Below the pieces are notes generated by a model. It did no database searches. It had not been told where the DNA came from and worked only from the letters and a program-made list of their open reading frames with translations. A stretch of 64,000 nt of DNA from Deferribacterales bacterium (GTDB taxonomy: Bacteria; Chrysiogenota; Deferribacteres; Deferribacterales; Geovibrionaceae), in NCBI GenBank assembly GCA_050253075.1, contig JBFWJS010000004.1, forward strand, positions 192,001 through 256,000, in the 5' to 3' direction. The translations under genes and the position numbers were made by a program. Within the stretch, counting starts at the first letter, position 1. Each line of letters opens with the position of its first letter. Below, in pieces: positions 59,701 through 64,000 of this stretch.

Positions 59701-62700
59701 TTCGAAATCTGCTATGCTGACAGATGCAGGGTCTGCTGCGGTGTTTGTAAATGTTATCTGGTAAGGGACACTTGTGTCGGCTGTGATGCCTTCAGGCAGG
59801 TCGCCGAGTATGCTCATCACATCTGATGCGAGAGGATTTGTCAGTGTCACTGTCATATTTGTCATAGTAGAGCTGTCGTCATCGGCTATTGTAACGTCGC
59901 CTGCGATGCTTACTGCTTCGCCGTCTTCCACGAATGTCACATTGCCTGTCTCCAGTCTCATAACTGCGTCGTCATAGTCTTCGTCGCTTGTGGCAGGTGC
60001 TAGGTCTTCCACACCGATTGTTATGCTGCCGTCAGCATTTACGGTTGTCTGGAAGTGTTCTACATTGCCCGGGTTCAGCTCTGCATTGTCGAAGTATACA
60101 GGTCTGTTTATGTTGACCATGTTTTCGCCGTTGGAGTATTGAGCAGTATATCCGTCGCCGTTATCTACGAACCGGATAGAGTCGTAGTCCACATCACCCA
60201 CGTTTCCGTTTGCGATTATGAAGAAGTGCAGGTCCGAGCCGTCGCCTGTATATGTGCCGAAGTCGCCGTCCGCAGGGTCTATCTGGAAGTTGCCTGCGCC
60301 GTAGTTACCGTTGTCTTCGAGTATGGAGACAAGGACAGGCTCGCCCGCCTCGTTCACGGTGTAAAGACCGATAACGTTGTTGTAGGAAGCCTCTTCGGAA
60401 ACGTATGTGACGGTTGTTTCTGTGTTTTCAACAGTGATGACTGGGGCCTCGTTCTCATGGAGAACATTAAGGCTGACTGTGGCAGTATCTGTCTTGCCGT
60501 CTGTGTCTGTCACTGTGTATGTGAATGTGTCTGCGCCTTCGTAGTCTGCGTCAGGTGTATATACAACCTTACCGTCTACTATCTGCACAGTACCGTGCTC
60601 CGGATCTGTATGGATGGATACTGTGAGGTCGTCGCCGTCTATGTCGCTGTCGTTGGCGAGAACATCTATCTCTATGCTTGTGTTCTCCTTCAGCTCTGCG
60701 GAGTCATCGAGTGCCACAGGAGCATGCTCTGCCGTGAGAGTATCGGACGGCTCGATGTCGAATGTGATGGTCGCTGTCTCTGAGCCTTTACCGCCGGAGT
60801 CTGTCACAGAATAGTCGAATGAGTCGCTTGTCACTGCGTTCAGCTCTATGTACTGTACGGTGAAGTTAGAGTTCACTGTTGTATTTGTCACGCTGAAGAC
60901 TATCTGAGAGATGCCGTCAGTATCTATCGTGAATGAGTTAACCTCGTCGCCGTCATTCTGTACATCGCCTGAAGCTATGAGGTTTCCTTCTGCGTCGAAT
61001 GCTTCCCAGTGTGCGTATGCGTCTATGCTTCCGCCAAAGTTTTCACCGAGGCCTGCGAGTCCCACTGTAGCGTTTGAAACAGGAGAGTCGAAGTCTATGA
61101 CGAGTGTTTCGCCGAGGTCGATCTGATTATCATCCACGCCGCCGTCTACGCCAAGCCCGAATCCGTCCTGTTTGTTTATGCCGGAGTAATCGTTGAAGCC
61201 GATGTCACCGTTTGGTGAGGATATAGTCGCCGTCACGTCACCAGCTTCGAATTCTATTACTGTTTTACCGCTTTCGTCTGTTGTCACGGTTCCCCAGTTG
61301 TCTATTGTGCCGTCGCCCTTAGAGCCCATCAGCACAGAGACAGTCTCTGCATCGCCGTCGAGCACATACTGAAGCTGTGCAGCATCAGGGATCTCCTGAC
61401 CGATATGAACTTCCTCACCGCCATAGTAAAGAGTTCCGTGCTCAGGGAGAGACTCGATTGTTACAGTTGTGGATGTGGCAGGGTCACCGTCGTTGTCATC
61501 CTCGTAGTCGGATGTGAGCGGATCAAGTGTGAAGTCCGCTGCGTATCCGCCGTCGCTGTTCAGAGATATAGTATCGCTCTCAGCTTCGGGTGCAACGTTG
61601 TATTCTGCTACTGCTCCCTGCTCTATATCGAATGTAACTGTGGATGTGTTAGATATCGCATCGTCGCTGTCCACAGCGTGATAGTCGAAAGAATCTGTCA
61701 TGTCGGCGTTTGTATACTCTATGTATTGGAGTACAAAGTTAGAGTTACCGCCTGTGGAGACATTGAAGAACTGTATCGAGTTAAATGTAACGCCGTCGAG
61801 GTCTACCTCAGCGGTGAAGTTATCGCCTCTCTGTACGAATCCTTCGGCAACGATATCGCCGTCTGCGTCATAAGCTACCCAGTGTGCTTCCGCATCACGA
61901 GGGTTGTCGCTGTCAAAGTTTTCACCGAGACCGCCGAGACCGATGACAACATTACTTACAGGAGCATCGAAACTCACTGTGAGGCTTTCGCCTGTGTCTA
62001 TCTGGTCGTTGTCGGCTCCGCCTACAACACCGATGCCGAGGCCGTCCTGTCTGTTTATCAGGTTGTTAAAACCGACCTCTGCGCTGTTTCCGTCGTCATC
62101 AGTTGCTGTTATCGTAGCCGTGATGCCGTTTGCGCCTTTATATGTGAGGACACCGTTTTCAACCTCGCCCCACTGTCCGACAACACCTGATGATTCCTGT
62201 GTTCCCATTACTATAGTAGAGTTATATCCTTCGTCCAGTTTATATGTGAGGTTTGTAACGTCGTCCACTGTCACGCCGGCTTCTGTTATCTCTGTGAGAG
62301 AGCCGTCGGACTCTACATAATAGAGTGTTCCGTGCTCAGGGAGAGAGTCTATGACAACAGATGTTGTTTTATCTGCGGATGCATCGTCTTCAAGGTCTTT
62401 TGCGCCCCCTTCATCGAAATCTGAAAGGTCGAATGTTACCTCTCCGCTCGCATCCACTGTCACGCTCTTATCGCTTGTTTCAGGGCCGTCGTTAACGGCT
62501 GCCACGTTCACTGTAACTGTTGCTGTGTCTGTTCCGCCGTTACCGTCAGTAATTGTGTACTGGAATGTATCTGTACCGTTGAAATTCGCCGCTGGGGTAT
62601 ATGTGATTGTACCGTCAGCGTTCACGACTACAGTACCGCCGTTAGCGGAGAATTCATCCGCAGACTCAACGGATACTGTGTCACCGTCGAGGTCGCTGTC

Positions 62701-64000
62701 GTTAGCGAGGACATTAATGTTTACACTGCCGTCTTCATCAACGGACTGTATGTCGTCTATTGCTACAGGGTTGTCATTTTCAGGTGTAACAGTGAGATTC
62801 ACTGTTGCCGTATCTGTACCGCCGTTGCCGTCGGATATTGTATAAGTAAAAGAATCTGTGCCGTTGAAGTTAGCTACAGGTGTGTATGTCACTGTGCCGT
62901 CACCGTTGATAGTTACAACACCGTGCTCAGGCTGAGTAACTGACGTTACGCTGAGTTCGTCACCTTCGATATCGGTATCGTTACCGATAACGTTGATAAC
63001 CGCAGCAGAGTCTTCTGCAAGCTCTTTGCTATCATCATTTGCCACAGGGCCGTCGTTCACGGCTGCCACGTTTACTGTGACTGTCGCTGTGTCTGTACCG
63101 CCGTTGCCGTCGGTGATGGTGTACTGGAATGTATCTGTACCGTTGAAGTTCGCCGCTGGGGTATATGTAATTGTACCGTCAGGGTTTACTACTACAGTAC
63201 CGCCGTTAGCGGAAAGAGCGTCTGCACTTTCGATTGTTAATGTATCGCCGTCAAGGTCTGTATCGTTATCAAGTACGGATATTGTTACCGGTTCGTCTTC
63301 GTTTGTACCTATGCCGTCAGCCTCTGCGACAGGGCCGTCGTTAACAGCAGCCACGTTCACTGTGACTGTCGCTGTGTCTGTTCCGCCGTTGCCGTCTGTG
63401 ATGGTGTACTGGAATGTATCTGTACCGTTGAAGTTCGCCGCTGGGGTGTATGTGATTGTACCGTCAGCGTTTACTACTACAGTACCGCCGTTAGCGGAAA
63501 GAGCGTCTGCACTTTCGATTGTTAATGTATCGCCGTCAAGGTCGCTGTCGTTAGCGAGTACGTTGATTTTGACAGAACCGTCTTCGTCAACGGACTGTAT
63601 GTCGTCTATTGCTACAGGGTTGTCATTCTCAGGTGTAACAGTGAGATTCACTGTTGCCGTATCTGTACCGCCGTTGCCGTCGGATATTGTGTAAGTGAAA
63701 GAGTCTGTGCCGTTAAAGTTAGCTACAGGTGTGTATGTCACTGTGCCGTCGCCGTTGATAGTTACAACACCGTGCTCAGGCTGAGTAACTGACGTTACGC
63801 TGAGTTCGTCACCTTCGATATCGGTATCGTTACCGATAACGTTGATAACCGCAGCAGAGTCTTCTGCAAGCTCTTTGCTATCATCATTTGCGACAGGGCC
63901 GTCGTTAACGGCTGCCACGTTCACTGTGACTGTAGCCGTGTCTGTACCGCCGTTGCCGTCTGTGATGGTGTACTGGAATGTGTCTGTACCGTTGAAGTTC
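53794..64000 (-). CDS. Giant acidic repeat adhesin (cadherin/Ig-like tandem repeats, VWA, RTX-like); 5' end outside window
   Basis: Open frame of more than 3400 codons running past base 64000. NDAP.A.DD...YTP..NFNG.D.F.Y repeats; VWA LDTSGSM; GDGND/GSGHD nonapeptide-like motifs; T1SS-type C-terminus. Confidence 0.9.
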   Translation of the reverse strand, partial: NFNGTDTFQYTITDGNGGTDTATVTVNVAAVNDGPVANDDSKELAEDSAAVINVIGNDTDIEGDELSVTSVTQPEHGVVTINGDGTVTYTPVANFNGTDSFTYTISDGNGGTDTATVNLTVTPENDNPVAIDDIQSVDEDGSVKINVLANDSDLDGDTLTIESADALSANGGTVVVNADGTITYTPAANFNGTDTFQYTITDGNGGTDTATVTVNVAAVNDGPVAEADGIGTNEDEPVTISVLDNDTDLDGDTLTIESADALSANGGTVVVNPDGTITYTPAANFNGTDTFQYTITDGNGGTDTATVTVNVAAVNDGPVANDDSKELAEDSAAVINVIGNDTDIEGDELSVTSVTQPEHGVVTINGDGTVTYTPVANFNGTDSFTYTISDGNGGTDTATVNLTVTPENDNPVAIDDIQSVDEDGSVNINVLANDSDLDGDTVSVESADEFSANGGTVVVNADGTITYTPAANFNGTDTFQYTITDGNGGTDTATVTVNVAAVNDGPETSDKSVTVDASGEVTFDLSDFDEGGAKDLEDDASADKTTSVVIDSLPEHGTLYYVESDGSLTEITEAGVTVDDVTNLTYKLDEGYNSTIVMGTQESSGVVGQWGEVENGVLTYKGANGITATITATDDDGNSAEVGFNNLINRQDGLGIGVVGGADNDQIDTGESLTVSFDAPVSNVVIGLGGLGENFDSDNPRDAEAHWVAYDADGDIVAEGFVQRGDNFTAEVDLDGVTFNSIQFFNVSTGGNSNFVLQYIEYTNADMTDSFDYHAVDSDDAISNTSTVTFDIEQGAVAEYNVAPEAESDTISLNSDGGYAADFTLDPLTSDYEDDNDGDPATSTTVTIESLPEHGTLYYGGEEVHIGQEIPDAAQLQYVLDGDAETVSVLMGSKGDGTIDNWGTVTTDESGKTVIEFEAGDVTATISSPNGDIGFNDYSGINKQDGFGLGVDGGVDDNQIDLGETLVIDFDSPVSNATVGLAGLGENFGGSIDAYAHWEAFDAEGNLIASGDVQNDGDEVNSFTIDTDGISQIVFSVTNTTVNSNFTVQYIELNAVTSDSFDYSVTDSGGKGSETATITFDIEPSDTLTAEHAPVALDDSAELKENTSIEIDVLANDSDIDGDDLTVSIHTDPEHGTVQIVDGKVVYTPDADYEGADTFTYTVTDTDGKTDTATVSLNVLHENEAPVITVENTETTVTYVSEEASYNNVIGLYTVNEAGEPVLVSILEDNGNYGAGNFQIDPADGDFGTYTGDGSDLHFFIIANGNVGDVDYDSIRFVDNGDGYTAQYSNGENMVNINRPVYFDNAELNPGNVEHFQTTVNADGSITIGVEDLAPATSDEDYDDAVMRLETGNVTFVEDGEAVSIAGDVTIADDDSSTMTNMTVTLTNPLASDVMSILGDLPEGITADTSVPYQITFTNTAADPASVSIADFETALKMVTFENTSQDPDETPREFTVSVTDDTGLTSNVADFTVNVESVNDAPVAGDDSYSTTEDIEGGITFDALVNDSDVEGDVSISTFEQPANGTVVLNADGTFTYTPDADFNGTDTFTYQVTDADGALSEPATVTIVVDPVNDAPVVTVNDVETSVTFNSINTGASYTNAFGVYFTDADGNPVSGEILAGDSKGDINFDLGTYDTAASNVHFFLISNIGAGGYEEGEVTFEMVNGKPVMSIDGVEVTKNVFYSDNDLNKDGKDHFAVTENADGSVTIAIEDLYGKDATNDTDFRVDVTETDQAAVFTEDGGAIHIVQDVTVTDVDDTTMFELKVTLENYQPGEDVLSIDENMLPDGIEYDITDGVITFTNSGEEMSNEDFAQAVESIMYNNTSDTPDTADREFRVEVSDGEAWSNAANITVEVVPVNDAPLAVDDVNTISDVSDTSSLNIVIALDTSGSMFHDRYNDIKGDETRLQIALDSLKEMLGSYEPSEVGGVMLVEFFGDVSTNTGQNGVWLTYDEAMDLITNFEIPFDQNNLNTDYDSALQMIMDNYESSTADGSMPAADETVMYFLSDGSPQGSDYEDGRSNSNSISSSEAGVWNEFAGANFSNVYAVGIGVNAASSQLSLVAGENGQVLLVNDEHGLAETLVNIADTSKVIGNVLLNDTDPEDIDWSDSSNGTNVQLTVTGAEAGGETSDSVALDNMSDGSITVQGEYGTLTINSDGSYVYTLDTENPAVQAMGDGESALDKFSYTVADSEGATDIATLSITVNGINDAPVAADDYGTVTAAGAEAVDVTATVELTNETTAGGANSDIDLTGVVVTDLGDLSLNFNINGGAERNFYMVGSTEGGNNINAGDGNDIFLLNGPINGNTAIAGGSGHDILILGGSQSDYTFQNYTNNNGMINTQIIDKGTGQMITVNEIEEIRFGGYSEGSTEYDVVITTDPAGAEVDSFTITVTNATLSAGTDNGDGTWTVSADEVEGLKAVSTGGTVSVGEITFELADGYTGVDAGSDESVILTGDVLANDSDPDGDSLSVTDVDGSDVDGDTVIEGEYGTLTINSDGTYTYELDSENTDVKGLSDGQTLTETFTYTISDGKESSSADLNITINGANEAPVVTDAYVSGDEDTAIRIDVSGDFSDAEGPASITEFTQGANGSVVQNSDGTFSYTPADDFSGEDSFTYTVTDADGATSTATVNVTVNPVADAPSVSLSISEAVTESTANLIVNGSFEDVTGIKPNGGYSSSSNINSGSYKAMTSIPGWELVGEASETSNTMEIHNAGHMSVGSTDGTNYMDLGETNSSNDGDRDNTHIGQVLSGLEEGESYTLTFDYVDKAAIANNPASGAMQVIWGGEVIATITGDNTTWESYTVEVIGGAGNGNDRLEFKEIGTAYDNHGMAIDNVQLVATPDSVEFTLTLDAAVTDLNGAVSYESLESLTLSGLPEGAELSIGTDNGDGTWTISVENLTTYHGEVTMTVPAGTADFDLTLSAAAVESGNGDVSELAEAVVHVDVPGEAVVANEAPFIDLNGPEGLDFSEETVDYSTTYTMGSDQGVAIAAADLYIQDMDDTTLTSMTIAITGNFDALDTLNIDETALGGGLKVTYSEDGTSMTIASEDGSAVGIEHFENALGSVTFSTESDSLDARDISVTVADGADSTITTTAHTSVSIDVPAQEYTPEIHSLDGNFDAFGHRGGNYGNSNEYAPTGNNAEAINEDGFYAVRSVNESNNNSEDFDIETSESISFHIHDDVTSATFEFYNADSDATDSGVGSTTWLIYDANGDAIDPSHASVTFDGTTATFTSDVPFQYIVFDAGNNGNGHSNNDPAIDPDGTGDVNFIVKPVEYQAADTYDMAESTLDTGSIDFSNVESYGHIDLINMSDDDAAQIINTLNVDDVLGLTDEDRILTITGGEGDQVQMSNDWSYDNQTGTFTANDGSGAEVHIQGSFDFDPASKIITFDDNNSNDGCQG
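62484..64000 (-). repeat. Near-identical intragenic tandem repeats of the adhesin (849-bp higher-order period)
   Basis: GTTGATAACCGCAGCAGAGTCTTCTGCAAGC begins at both 62992 and 63841. Each period holds three modules of about 94 aa. Confidence 0.88.

Overview
A gene-dense chromosomal window from an anaerobic, flagellated Gram-negative bacterium. Gene content suggests Deferribacterota (Denitrovibrio/Seleniivibrio-like); this is inference only. In order it holds: a tatB-tatC-moaA-larA-like-UDP-glucuronate decarboxylase run; radC and redox/housekeeping genes; a heme-motif sensor kinase; a flagellar cluster (unknown lipoprotein-flgFGAHIJMNKL-fliW-csrA) with sigma54 and sigma28 promoters and a very long 1288-aa FlgL; a Fur/Zur regulator with a ZnuA-like protein; a group 1 [NiFe] hydrogenase; lysA-dapF-dapA-dapB; a free-standing structured RNA candidate; SulP; an SfrAB-like NADPH oxidoreductase; and an orphan type IV pilin. 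It ends with a signalling module (DctP-LivK fusion lipoprotein, hybrid kinase, HD-GYP regulator, CHASE4-GGDEF) facing a giant repeat adhesin that runs off the window. The clearest hidden feature is a SelW/Rdx-family selenoprotein (CxxU, in-frame UGA plus SECIS-like hairpin) missing from the ORF track. No rRNA, tRNA, CRISPR array, transposase or prophage was seen.
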